Part shown: positions 25,301 through 33,323 of the stretch, piece after piece | Numbering within the stretch: the stretch's first letter is position 1 | Layout of the letters: each line of letters begins with the position of its first letter | Virus record (IMG/VR): IMGVR_UViG_3300012943_000016 | Span: 1-42,188 of that record | Direction: 5' to 3' (one strand) | DNA: 42,188 nucleotides | From: a virus | Taxonomy: Duplodnaviria; Caudoviricetes | Made by a program: the position numbers and the translations under genes | The notes under the pieces: generated by a model | Databases searched by the model: none | The model's input: only the letters and a program-made list of their open reading frames with translations | Told to the model about the DNA's origin: nothing

Positions 25301-28091
25301 CAGGATCGATCAAGCGGGCTCGCTGCACTTTGATCACTTTACCGGGAATCGAAAAATCCTTCCGTCCATCTGGGAATTCGTCGTCAATCTCCAGCTGCTC
25401 CGGCTTCACATCGACAGCGACAACCACATCACCATAACCCGTTCCCGTTTTAGCGGTGGTTAAATAAACTCGCGGCTCCGCTGCGGATCGAAGTGTTTTG
25501 CCCTGTACGATCCGATCGCCGCCCGAACGCGTAGTGCCGTGAAACAGGGTAACGGTCCCGTCTGGATTGAGTGGCAAACCGGTTATTTGATCGAGACCGC
25601 TCTGCGGATTGCCACTGGACTGTTGAGCGGCCCCGTCACCGGATGCCATGCCGCTTTCCTGCCCGCCCGCCTTCTTCGGGTCAAGCCGTGCGAAATCCAC
25701 CTCCGCCCGGCCCGGCTCGCTCGCCCACACCGGTTTTCCGCGCAGCGCGATGCCTGCCCATTTGATCACATCGTCCGGCGTGCGGATCATCGCAAACCCG
25801 CGCTCGCGCAGCGCTTCCGCCATGCGATCGAGCGAATCCTTTTTCGTCGAAAAATACCGCGCCACCTCCGGCCCTTTCACCTCCTGTTTCAGCAGCTGCA
25901 GTTCGCGCCCCAGCGCCGCATCGGTCGCCGGTAGTTTCAGTTCCGCCAGCACGTCGCGCAGGTTCTCGCGCTGCGGCTGGTCGCCCATCAACACGCGCCG
26001 GTCCATCTCTTTGCCCGCCGCCTTGTCGCCGGCCTGCGCGCGCTCGCCTAGCTGGTCATCGGTCAACCGCCCGTAATCCGGCTTCCCATCCGCGCCGATG
26101 CCCGCGGCCTCGGCCGCTTTGAACAGCTGCTTCTGCTCCGCGAGCTTCGCTTTTTGCGCCGTCTCCGCCGCCGCCTGCTGCTGCGTCCGCGCCTGACTTT
26201 CCAATTCCCGCCGCGCGTCCTCGGCACCCTTGAGCCGCTCGAAATTCGTCTGCAGCGCCGTCACCGCCCGCTTCGCCACTTCCCGCTGTTCCTGCGCGAG
26301 CCCCAGCGAATTATCCTCGGCATAAAACCTCGCCGCCTCCAGCGCGCCCTGCACCTGCGCGAAGCTCGCTTTTGGATTGTTAAAAATCTTCCCGGCCTCC
26401 GTGATCGTCTCGTCAAAGCGCGCGCGTTTCTGCGCCGCTTCTTTCTGCCGCGCCTCGCGCTCGAGGATTTCCCGCGCCTGCGCCTGCTCGCGCGCCGCCG
26501 TCGCCGCCTTGTCCTTCGCCAGCATGTCCGCCACCAGCCCGCCGCCCGTGCGCGCCTGCACCACCTCCGCCGGGTTTTTCAACGCGACGGTGTTTTCTTG
26601 CGCCTTGCGCGCGGTCATTTCCTGCGCTGCCGCCTGGGCGGTCGAGGGCGTCACCATCGCCGCCTTCACCTCGCGGCCCTGCGGCGTCTGCTCCACCACG
26701 CTGCCCAGCGGTTCGCCCGCCGCCGCCCGCGTCTCCACATCCGCCTTGCTCGCCGGCCCCAGCCCGAGGATTTCGTTTTCCCGGCCCGCCGCGCTCGCCC
26801 GTGCGATCGTTTCCGCATCGATCTGCTTGGGATCGAAGTGGAACACCCCGCGCGGCGTCTCCACGCGTTGGATACCTTCCGGCAAAGCGAGTTCCGCCGT
26901 CCCGTTGGGGAACATCTGCGCGCGCTGCCGGCCTTCCACCAGGGCGCGTTGCTGCGCTTTCAGCGTCTCCGCCGCTTCCGGCACGTTCTCGCCCGTATCG
27001 CGCGACATGCGCCGCATCCCTTCGCCACCCAGCGTCGTTCCACCGGCGACCAGCCCGCCGGTGAGTCCGCCGACCAGCGTCGATTGCCCCACGCCTTCAG
27101 TCGTCGCCCGCTTCGGGTCGTAGAGTTTTTGCGCGACGACATTTTGCAGCACTTGCTGCGCGCCTTCCGTGCCGCCCTCGCTCGCGAAAGATTCCGCCGC
27201 CTTCTTCACGATCTGCGCGGCGAGCGCCTGCTTTGTAAGTTTTCCAGCTTTGTACGCGTCGAGCACGCCGCCCATCGCGAGCTTGTCGGCACCGTACTCC
27301 AACGCGGCCGAGGGCAGATTGGCCGTTCCCGCGATCAATGCCGTCATGTCATCGGCACCGCTGGCCTTCGCATCTTGGTAACCTTGATCGAAGATTTGCC
27401 CGCCCGCCGCCGGCAGGCCCAAGCCGGTCAGGTAGGCCGGGATCGATGCGACCATTTGCGCCACACCGCCGATCACGCCGCCAGTCGTGCTGCGCTCGAA
27501 GTCCTTATCGACTGGATACACGTCGCGAACCGCCTCGCGAAACTCCGCAACATTATCGGCCTGTTTCCCCAGTCTTGAGGCGGTGAGTCGTTTTTGTTCG
27601 TCCGCTTTGACGGTGGCACGCGCGGGCACGAGCTCCGCATCTATCTCCGCGAGGCGGCGGGCACGCTGCGGAGTCATCTGCGCGCGATGCTCCATCTCCA
27701 GCTGCGCGCGCGGGCTCTGCATGACATTGCGCTCTTGGTCAGCATCGCGAAACACCGTCGGATTGAGCAGCGCCGCTCTCTCCGCATTGAGGTCCGCCAC
27801 GCGTGATTGCGGCCCGTAGCCACCCTTCTTCATCGCATCGGCCTCAATACCTTGCCCCATGCGAAGGAGGCCCTCCGCCGCGCCTCCCACGCCTTGATCC
27901 AGCGCGCCACGCGCCACGCTGTGGCCCGCATCCTTCCAGTCGTTCTGCGTATTCCCCCGCTGCGGGTCGGTCAGCTCCAGCAGGTCATCCAGCGCGTCAC
28001 GCTTCGGCGCGCTGCCCGCCGACGCGCCCTCTCGTTTTTTGTTCGGGTCGGTCAGGGCCAGCAATTCATCGAGGGCGTCCATGCGTTTCAA
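19377..28091 (-). CDS. Giant polyvalent / internal virion protein (ART-like domains, HExxH metallopeptidase, LPD38-like C-terminus)
   Basis: 2904 aa at the end of the ejection-protein cluster. TSHEVAH...KEWFAE zincin, TLFHGT...VYLT...YG ART-like, and helical C-terminus with ATFGDY...FIPFYSW. Confidence 0.8.
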   Translation of the reverse strand: MKRMDALDELLALTDPNKKREGASAGSAPKRDALDDLLELTDPQRGNTQNDWKDAGHSVARGALDQGVGGAAEGLLRMGQGIEADAMKKGGYGPQSRVADLNAERAALLNPTVFRDADQERNVMQSPRAQLEMEHRAQMTPQRARRLAEIDAELVPARATVKADEQKRLTASRLGKQADNVAEFREAVRDVYPVDKDFERSTTGGVIGGVAQMVASIPAYLTGLGLPAAGGQIFDQGYQDAKASGADDMTALIAGTANLPSAALEYGADKLAMGGVLDAYKAGKLTKQALAAQIVKKAAESFASEGGTEGAQQVLQNVVAQKLYDPKRATTEGVGQSTLVGGLTGGLVAGGTTLGGEGMRRMSRDTGENVPEAAETLKAQQRALVEGRQRAQMFPNGTAELALPEGIQRVETPRGVFHFDPKQIDAETIARASAAGRENEILGLGPASKADVETRAAAGEPLGSVVEQTPQGREVKAAMVTPSTAQAAAQEMTARKAQENTVALKNPAEVVQARTGGGLVADMLAKDKAATAAREQAQAREILEREARQKEAAQKRARFDETITEAGKIFNNPKASFAQVQGALEAARFYAEDNSLGLAQEQREVAKRAVTALQTNFERLKGAEDARRELESQARTQQQAAAETAQKAKLAEQKQLFKAAEAAGIGADGKPDYGRLTDDQLGERAQAGDKAAGKEMDRRVLMGDQPQRENLRDVLAELKLPATDAALGRELQLLKQEVKGPEVARYFSTKKDSLDRMAEALRERGFAMIRTPDDVIKWAGIALRGKPVWASEPGRAEVDFARLDPKKAGGQESGMASGDGAAQQSSGNPQSGLDQITGLPLNPDGTVTLFHGTTRSGGDRIVQGKTLRSAAEPRVYLTTAKTGTGYGDVVVAVDVKPEQLEIDDEFPDGRKDFSIPGKVIKVQRARLIDPAPPQSVPDKVDALSLPEETRRFQGVDDPRSRVYRGETEPPLIVSVVPGGGIDDWSRVSKSYYPVVRVTLDNGASFLDRIRISNHDQVSSNAPRIYDIDIRRSGWRDLKKDWKALEPELIDAFEQRVSDIWWDQNPNPKPKPVTAPPSTPPTREQILARDRHKLIATIASDEKLLVDPGVRATSKERARARIEANKLALRKLENDNAAGESAATGGIAESRQATDSKSAELRDVAIRPSNPEEAQPSDRVNPNPSRGGGAASDFAQSTRAPSKAIDKAAQERTLAALRRSSPELMSEYDIEAGLVEDLLKKYAAQDGKRLGPVPENVRAAVTRSEGRRGLIALAAEAFESREKVAALTSHEVAHVYWDSLSNDTKALLRELRQRELLGKTGPLYDDAGNVRSELDGIDDKSEWGVKEWFAERIARLNEAWANGRIADAEKAGHSLIRRLAYELRELVRKVWESLARSRGFDTDSELFENAFRRFWLGGADARVASEASTAYARQVEFARNIDGGKDGGQKPGMASGDGAAQQSSGSPQSGPSEAVKRKFLESEDYEAVGWRLIDGEVNVGDVLPNSFVWEDVDGESNPTSEELDGTSAFRDWRDMERYAKYSSAGFTLALIGGDQGEKHSGELSGEVLIRGPKVLATWRRPTLNDPWRNPNPSRGGGAASVEFARKKKTMAPDGDALPLRDVDAEIGAAEAELKALREGNSQEDAVEIEARGRALTEKIAALKNEPRATAPMSDEEVAAKVKPASALEKPAPTEKTAEQRVEDPEWLPKPEELDAAEVIAKAPKVEALPPVNRKVALMELLAHATEQAEKMRAKDSLQGDIDAQWQEKRAAQTRATLDKEFPGWEANKQTSDVVENESRPGKPPAPPEQPPETAEAAQPDDNEDSPFLPKDEPLPVRPGKAAEVYGHSSATPSAVFKTWDKVRNVLAGFRGAVPELPTFAAAKWNAADGFIRQHGAAFYNRVKEGYRQLKNINDYVQKRSEEDVARITKPLIRAGEFDAAAYKRLTNLQEQRRRAKADGRDLSKSQLATIESLSAQVESSPYVLFQQLVVMLDLNWRQQNLKDSEGNPIRLPSDINQAEIAAELKRLSVAMETSAHRDLIAHALEQHMALVKRVSEDLKKRDLMAADHLENPYYFPHITLETTRGGKTEQRELAPERVRPGTEADFRGYLIDPVGSSKAIETDYVRAMYYHLVQVGAHNEKADIVQDYFRHYDVKKEVEARAKKLARERGAPVSWEQAFHEEYAPKGYVLYGTDSRDAFPTVSIDRDKLARRLGVALTSADLQSQFEQLGLKGVRLLPEDLKEAMEMGARETWIVPARVAEALRGIAQRETHSDKAWDAAMKFAIGAWKRWKLFMPQNHIRYEFGNITADLEKIFSADPEVFKYLAPAAKELREFWRGGNAGDDLRAALKEGVLNAITAQEMHAIAGLPNFKEFQTKAEAAWRQVRKRASSVLLQPILAPLGLGDLSSVEASALREAITRYSKFKADLSRLRNGARPVYAGAYWKEIDAMTESAKGANDADVRKAGAISKATFGDYSDTSVTGQTLREKFIPFYSWLEVNFKYHANLFRNLRDMVKQGETTKGAAVAKGAKAATTFTARAAAGFALRLSLPYIAVALWNNSGDRDKLEDELSEADKRRFHIILGRDDDGKVQVAYAPTAFMDVLKWFSGPEAMRGTVAWMKGQTDFATAFDSWRKQLAPDLINNVVGQAGPLAQVPAALATKKRMFPDVTDPRTIPEYDMRRSILSMVTDDFTADLIERAVNKDYYAPKDFGDWSKQLILQVRQRDPEAWSYYEIRDKAADFMEEKTGSKRDTSYDAPDQQVLRNFRKAIYQGDVPAAMRFYQRALDYGYTAERFAASVRAQDPLATLKKKDGLRKEFVEELSPFDREQLKRAFIYYDRMNGMRGRERTIFPSERGGAAALKNFQARPRYQHVQGLFDAWEKRSEEEMRERAERAERDSLRPARR
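23294..23330. repeat. Repeat B copy 1 (NPNPSRGGGAAS)
   Basis: 35/37 nt identical to 24518-24554. Confidence 0.9.
23684..23742. repeat. Repeat A copy 1 (GMASGDGAAQQSSGxPQSG)
   Basis: 56/59 nt identical to 25595-25653. Confidence 0.9.
24518..24554. repeat. Repeat B copy 2
   Basis: Direct repeat of 23294-23330. Confidence 0.9.
25595..25653. repeat. Repeat A copy 2
   Basis: Direct repeat of 23684-23742. Confidence 0.9.
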
Positions 28092-28834
28092 AGTCCGTAG
28101 GTTTTTTTCATGCGCTCGGCTTCCGCGCTCGCCTGCTCGCGCGTCATCAGCCCCTTCGCCACTTTATCCTGGAGCTCCAGCGCCTTGAGCCGCACCAGTC
28201 GTTGCGTCTGCTCGGACGCCACATCCCGGCGCGAGCTGAGATTCAAGAAACCGGTGCGGTTGTCGCCGCCCGCCATCTGCGCATTCTGTTCGGCCAGCTG
28301 CGTCTCCGCGTCGCCGATCTCGCCCGCGTAGGGCGATTGGTAGGCCGGCTCCTTCGGCGCGTTCATCTTCGCGAGGTCGCCGGGTGGCACATCGAAACTC
28401 ACTTCCCCCTGGCTGGGATCGTCCGGATCGACCGGCCGCTTCACCCGCGCCATCGGCGGCTTCTGCCCCGCGACGAATCGGTTGAAGCCCGAGATGCTGC
28501 GGCCGATGTTATCCATCGCGTTTTCATCCCCGCGCGCCTTGAGCAGCGCCGCCTGCCGTTCCCGCTCCGCCGCGATTGTTTTATCCAGTGTCGCCGCCCG
28601 CGAATTCACGTCCTTGTCCGAGAGTTCGCGCCGCAGCCCGCGATCGAGGTCCGCCTGCTCCGCGTCCCGTTGCAGCTTCTCGGCCTGGAGCGTTTTCTGT
28701 GCGGCGAGCACCTCCGCGTGCCGCTTCGATTCCAGCTCCATGCGCGCCGCCTCCGCCTCGCGCTGCTTCTTCGCTTGCTGCCATTGCTGGCCCAGTGCCA
28801 GCCCTTGCGTGAATCCGTCGCCGATGCCTGCCAT
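28088..28834 (-). CDS. Putative internal virion / ejection protein
   Basis: MAGIGDGFTQGLALGQQ followed by coiled coil; positional. Confidence 0.65.
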   Translation of the reverse strand: MAGIGDGFTQGLALGQQWQQAKKQREAEAARMELESKRHAEVLAAQKTLQAEKLQRDAEQADLDRGLRRELSDKDVNSRAATLDKTIAAERERQAALLKARGDENAMDNIGRSISGFNRFVAGQKPPMARVKRPVDPDDPSQGEVSFDVPPGDLAKMNAPKEPAYQSPYAGEIGDAETQLAEQNAQMAGGDNRTGFLNLSSRRDVASEQTQRLVRLKALELQDKVAKGLMTREQASAEAERMKKTYGL

Positions 28835-28864
28835 ATAAAAATCTCCTTTGAAGTTGTTTTCTGG

Positions 28865-30127
28865 TTACATGAGCATGCCGGCCGCCGCGCCCGTGGCGCT
28901 GCCCGCCAGTTGCATCCACTGGTTGTTTTGCTGCTGCTGCAGGTCGCGGCTTTGCTGGTAGAGCTGGCTCTGCTGCCCGTAGATTTGTCCGGCCGCGGTC
29001 GAGGGATTCGCCACTCCCGTCGCGCCGGTATAGTTCACCTGCCCCTGCCCGACCGCGCCGTTCTGCGCCGCCTGTAGCGAGCCAAATTGATTCGTCACCG
29101 GCTGCCCGAGGATAAAGGACGACGCGTTCGCCAGCTTCTGCTGGTCCTTCCCGTAGTTTTCCGCGCGCGTCGCGCGATCCTCCGCCGTCTGTTGCGAGCG
29201 CAGCCCGGCCGCCGTCTGGAGCGTCCCGAGCGAGTTTTGGTAAGCCTGCTGGTTCTGTGCTACGTCGGCGGATACAAGCCCCGCGAGCTGGCCAAACCGC
29301 TGCGTCTGCTGGTCGCGCATCGCCGAGTTCTGGCCGAAGGCTTGATTCTGGATACCCAGCAGCGCCTGCGTCCGCGCCGCTTTCCGCGCGTCGCCGGCAG
29401 CGCCCACTTCCATCGCTTCGGAAAACGCCGCCGCATCGCCCAAAATATTTCCCCGGCTCGCCATGCCCGCCCGCGCCTGCTGTTCCACCGCCGATCGCTC
29501 TGAGTCGGAGAGCTGCGATCCCAGCTCATAGTCCGCCATCGCCGAGTTCAGGCTCTTGTTCAGCGCCTCCGTCGTCGGGTCGGAAACTTCTTTCGAGGCC
29601 AGATCGTAGATCTGCCCGAACCGCTCATCATTGCCCGGCGTTTGCAGCGCGTCCGCCGTGTCCGCATAGCGGCTCAGCGATTGGTCCGCCCCGACCGCCT
29701 GTGTCGGCGCTTCAAGGTCGCCCATGACTTTGCTCGTGAGGCTCTGCCGCGCCTTGTACGCCTCCGGGTCCGTCGCCTCGATCTCGCGCGCGGTCTGGCG
29801 CGCCGTCTGTTCGCCGCGCGTCATCAATTTGCCCGTCTCCGGGTCGGTCACCATCTCCTGCCGCAGATCGAGCTGGCCGCGCTGCAACCGTTCGTTGGTG
29901 TCGACCGCGAGGTCCGCCGCTTGTTGCGCGTACGCGCTGTCGCCTAATCCGCTAAAATCGGCCGTCACCCATTCGCCGGTGCGCGGGTCCTGGTAATCCA
30001 CTGTCTTGCCCAGCCGGGCAGCCGCATCGACGCGATTACGCATCGGCAGCGTTTCAAAATCGGCATAAACCGCTTCGCGGTTGGCACCCGCATAATCAGG
30101 TGCGGGCGACGCTTCGGGTGAACTCAT
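28865..30127 (-). CDS. Putative DNA-ejection protein
   Basis: A/Q/G-rich, MSSP..PAPDY start, RAGMASRGN motif and a Gly/Ala C-terminus. Confidence 0.7.
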   Translation of the reverse strand: MSSPEASPAPDYAGANREAVYADFETLPMRNRVDAAARLGKTVDYQDPRTGEWVTADFSGLGDSAYAQQAADLAVDTNERLQRGQLDLRQEMVTDPETGKLMTRGEQTARQTAREIEATDPEAYKARQSLTSKVMGDLEAPTQAVGADQSLSRYADTADALQTPGNDERFGQIYDLASKEVSDPTTEALNKSLNSAMADYELGSQLSDSERSAVEQQARAGMASRGNILGDAAAFSEAMEVGAAGDARKAARTQALLGIQNQAFGQNSAMRDQQTQRFGQLAGLVSADVAQNQQAYQNSLGTLQTAAGLRSQQTAEDRATRAENYGKDQQKLANASSFILGQPVTNQFGSLQAAQNGAVGQGQVNYTGATGVANPSTAAGQIYGQQSQLYQQSRDLQQQQNNQWMQLAGSATGAAAGMLM

Positions 30128-30548
30128 GTTCGGGGATGTTTTCCGTGAATAATCTTTCCACGACGTTCCACGGCAGCATCCGGAGCTGGCCATCCCGAGA
30201 GTAAACGTGGCCGGCAAATACTTCGCGTCGTCCGAAGCGTTGCGCGGCCTGGGCGAGCAGCAGCCCGATACCTCGGGGATGCAAGCTCACGATATGTTGT
30301 ACCCAAATTATTTTCCCATCCTCGCCTTCGCGGTGCGCCCACCGGTCCGCCTCCGCCTCCGCCGTCGTGCCCACGCACCGCGCGAGCGCGACCGCCACGA
30401 TCCGCCCGTCTTTGCGCAACACCCCGCACCCACCCACCCGCGTGTGCCAGTCGATCAGGCTGGTCAGCACCTGCCGCGATGCCGTCCGCATCGCCGGCAA
30501 CCGGCGCTTCAGGAACGCCGCGATCTGGAGTGTGGTCGGCGCGTTCAT
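30096..30548 (-). CDS. GNAT-like virion assembly protein
   Basis: 150 aa with GVLRKDGRIVAVALAR...IIWVQHIV, at the position of T7 gp13-like genes. Confidence 0.5.
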   Translation of the reverse strand: MNAPTTLQIAAFLKRRLPAMRTASRQVLTSLIDWHTRVGGCGVLRKDGRIVAVALARCVGTTAEAEADRWAHREGEDGKIIWVQHIVSLHPRGIGLLLAQAAQRFGRREVFAGHVYSRDGQLRMLPWNVVERLFTENIPEHEFTRSVART

Positions 30549-30549
30549 G

Positions 30550-31032
30550 TTATTTTTTCGCCGCCGCTGCCTTCGCCATAAGCATGTTCAGCGATTGTCC
30601 GCCCAGCTTGCCACCGCCGCCCGGCTCGATGCTTCCAAATGGCGCATATTCCGGATCGAGCGCCCGCGCCGCCTGCTGGGAAAAAATCGTCGTCGGTTCA
30701 CCCACCGGAGCCGTCGGCGTCGCCAGCCGGCCTGCTTCCTTCTGTTTGCGGTAGAGCGCCAGTTGCGCGGCGCGCTCCGCGTCCTTTTGCGCCTGCCCTT
30801 CCTGCGCGGCCAGCGCGGCCGCGTCGGCCTCCTCCGCCCGCTGCTTCACCAGCCGCTCGCCATCGGCATCCTGCCGCGCCTTCGTCGCCGCCGCCTGTTG
30901 CGCAGCCGTCAGCCCGGCCTGCTCGGCCGCCGCCGCCGCGCGGGCCTTGTCGTTCTGGTCGTCCACGTAGTTCGCGATTCGATACGTCGGGTCCGGGTTC
31001 CACGTGGCTTTGAAAAAGTCTTTGAATTTCAT
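30550..31032 (-). CDS. Ala-rich putative virion protein
   Basis: 160-aa ORF tightly packed in the late operon. Confidence 0.6.
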   Translation of the reverse strand: MKFKDFFKATWNPDPTYRIANYVDDQNDKARAAAAAEQAGLTAAQQAAATKARQDADGERLVKQRAEEADAAALAAQEGQAQKDAERAAQLALYRKQKEAGRLATPTAPVGEPTTIFSQQAARALDPEYAPFGSIEPGGGGKLGGQSLNMLMAKAAAAKK

Positions 31033-31035
31033 GGG

Positions 31036-32658
31036 TTAAATGAGCACGGGCGTGTCCAGCCACGCCGCCATTTTGAATTTGCGCAGCCCGATCTGCCCGG
31101 AGCCGCTGTGGATGATGATCTGCGCCTCCCGAAACCGCGATTGATTGCGGATGTGCCACGACGCCCGCCGCGTGTACTGCGAGGAGAATGTGAATGGCAG
31201 CGGCAACGGAAACGTCAGGAACGTGCTCCCGTTGAAGCCCGCTTCGATCACCCGCGCGCTCTCCAGTGCGATCTCGGGAAATGTCTGTTCATCGTCCCCC
31301 ACGAAAAGCACCGCGATCGAGGTCGAGCTCGATCGGTGGAACTCCGCTTCCAACCAGAACGGCATTTTCTGCGCCTCGTGCTGGCCAAACCACATCGCCC
31401 GCGATTGCACCCACGACTCGATTTCCTCCGCACCGCCGGTCGCGTCGTCGTCCTCGTAGCTGTCGTCCAGCCGGGTGATGTAGCCGTCCGGGTACGCCCA
31501 AAGCGTTTCCTGCTTTCCCGCGAACCGCGTCACACACGCGTAGCCCCACACCGGCAGCGCGCTTTCGGGCGACCATTCCCACTCGCCCACCCATTCTTTC
31601 GTCAGCGTGTTATACGCGAGCACCCGGTTTGCCTCCGTCGCCCCGTCGATCGGGATCGCGAGCAACAGCAGGTTGCGCCACAGCGTGCTGCTCGCACCGC
31701 GTTCGTTATCCACCGCCGTCCAGTTGATCCGCTCGATCGTCCGGTTGACCGGTGCCGAAATTGTATTCGCCGGGGAAATACTGTCCCTCGTCACCAGTCC
31801 CGAGAGGCTCACCAGTCCGTACCGGCTCAGAAAATACACGTCCTGTCCGATCATGATCGCCGTCGCGCCGGCCACGCAGCCGGCCACGTCGGTCAGCTTC
31901 GTCACCGGCCAGTCCACCGCGTTTTGCGCGCTCGTATCCACGCTCCAGCATGACCCCTCGTTCAGCACGATCAGGTCCGCCTGCTGACCGCTGATCATCT
32001 TCCGCGTCGGATCGCCATTGCCGGAGCCCACGATGATGTTTTCCAGCGAGTTCCAGTCGCCGCCCGTGTCGCTCAGGTGCGCCGAGAGGTACTTCGAGAC
32101 GAAAATTTTATTCGTGTTCGCCTGGCACGCGAACACCCGAAACCGGTGCGTCGTCAGCAGGCCAAACACAGGCATGTCCGACCCGTCGCTAAATTTCGTC
32201 ACCGTCCCATCGCTCCACGCCGCGCCGTTCCAGTACGCCCACATCAGATTCGCCGTGTTCGCGACGAAAACCCGGTCGATCAATTGCGTCATCGCCTTGC
32301 GCCCCGTCGCCGGCAGCCCGCCCGCCGCCACAGTCACCGGTGTCTGCGGCGCCGTGTCGCTGATGATTTCCCACAGGTCCGTTCCCGCCGGGAAAATCAC
32401 CGACTCCCGCGACGGCGTATCGAAGTACACCAGGCCGGCCAGCGCCGCCCCGGTGGTCGGGAGCGTGTCCGAGACCAGCCGCCGGCCCGGCCGTGTATTC
32501 AAGACTCCATTCGTCTCCATCCAGCAATTCACCGCGCGCGTCAGCGAGCCCGGCGTCAGATCGGCGGGATTTGCCGTATTATTCAGCCGGAAAAACCCGC
32601 CCTCCTCTTCCTTTTGGGGCGTGTCATCCAAACCGTCGTTGTAGAGAGGCAGCGTCAT
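31036..32658 (-). CDS. Tail nozzle / packaged-DNA stabilisation protein (P22 gp10/T7 gp12-like)
   Basis: 540 aa, beta-rich; TRPG, VAGCVAG, VYFLSRYG and VLAYN...EW motifs. Confidence 0.75.
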   Translation of the reverse strand: MTLPLYNDGLDDTPQKEEEGGFFRLNNTANPADLTPGSLTRAVNCWMETNGVLNTRPGRRLVSDTLPTTGAALAGLVYFDTPSRESVIFPAGTDLWEIISDTAPQTPVTVAAGGLPATGRKAMTQLIDRVFVANTANLMWAYWNGAAWSDGTVTKFSDGSDMPVFGLLTTHRFRVFACQANTNKIFVSKYLSAHLSDTGGDWNSLENIIVGSGNGDPTRKMISGQQADLIVLNEGSCWSVDTSAQNAVDWPVTKLTDVAGCVAGATAIMIGQDVYFLSRYGLVSLSGLVTRDSISPANTISAPVNRTIERINWTAVDNERGASSTLWRNLLLLAIPIDGATEANRVLAYNTLTKEWVGEWEWSPESALPVWGYACVTRFAGKQETLWAYPDGYITRLDDSYEDDDATGGAEEIESWVQSRAMWFGQHEAQKMPFWLEAEFHRSSSTSIAVLFVGDDEQTFPEIALESARVIEAGFNGSTFLTFPLPLPFTFSSQYTRRASWHIRNQSRFREAQIIIHSGSGQIGLRKFKMAAWLDTPVLI

Positions 32659-33323
32659 TTGCCCACGAGCCAGTCAACATCCGATGAGTACCCGCCCGGT
32701 TCGGTAAACGGTACGAAACGCACCGTCTGCGCCGTCTGGATCGTTTCGAGGCGCACCATCTGTTGCAGGTGCGCCTGCGCTTCTTGATATAATTCCGCCG
32801 CCTTTGTGTGCTGACGCTGCCAGCGGTACAGATCGCCCAGCGTAAACGCGATCAGGCATTGGTCGACGCCGGGGATTAGCGGCTTGTCCGTGTCCGCCGC
32901 GAGTTCCGCGCACTTGCGCTTGCAAAGGAAAAGCAACTCCTGCTCCTCGCTGAGCGGGCGATGCAGGCGGATGCGCACCGCGCCCGCGTCCGAGCGAGCC
33001 ACCGGCGAAAATGCATAGGTCGGCCCGCTGTTGCCGAAGCCCGCCGGGTCGATGCCGATTTGGGTGATCTGGCTGCTCGGCAGGAGTTCGCGGTTCCCGC
33101 CGATCCGCACGGCTTTCACCAACTCCACCTCCACCGGCAGTTCCACTTCCTCGGTGGCTGCCGGCACCGGCGCGATGACCTCGTGGTGCGCCTGTTTCCA
33201 GTCAGCGAAGTCCCAGATCATCTTCCAACGCGCCTGCGCGAATTTCTTCGCCTGCGCGATCGTCTGCGTTTCCGGCATGCCGAGGGTCTCGGCGCAAAAA
33301 TTGGCGATTTCGGCGAGTGTCAT
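32655..33323 (-). CDS. Head-tail adaptor / tail tubular protein A-like
   Basis: MTLAEI...W...DW...LP...LAADTDKPLIP; TAATG overlap with the tailspike stop. Confidence 0.7.
   Translation of the reverse strand: MTLAEIANFCAETLGMPETQTIAQAKKFAQARWKMIWDFADWKQAHHEVIAPVPAATEEVELPVEVELVKAVRIGGNRELLPSSQITQIGIDPAGFGNSGPTYAFSPVARSDAGAVRIRLHRPLSEEQELLFLCKRKCAELAADTDKPLIPGVDQCLIAFTLGDLYRWQRQHTKAAELYQEAQAHLQQMVRLETIQTAQTVRFVPFTEPGGYSSDVDWLVGK

Noticed and set aside
23294-25653. Repeats A/B as attC sites, intein ends or DGR TR/VR
   Set aside because: No paired AAC/GTT cores, no intein terminal motifs, no reverse transcriptase, and the mismatches are too few to show adenine-specific mutagenesis.
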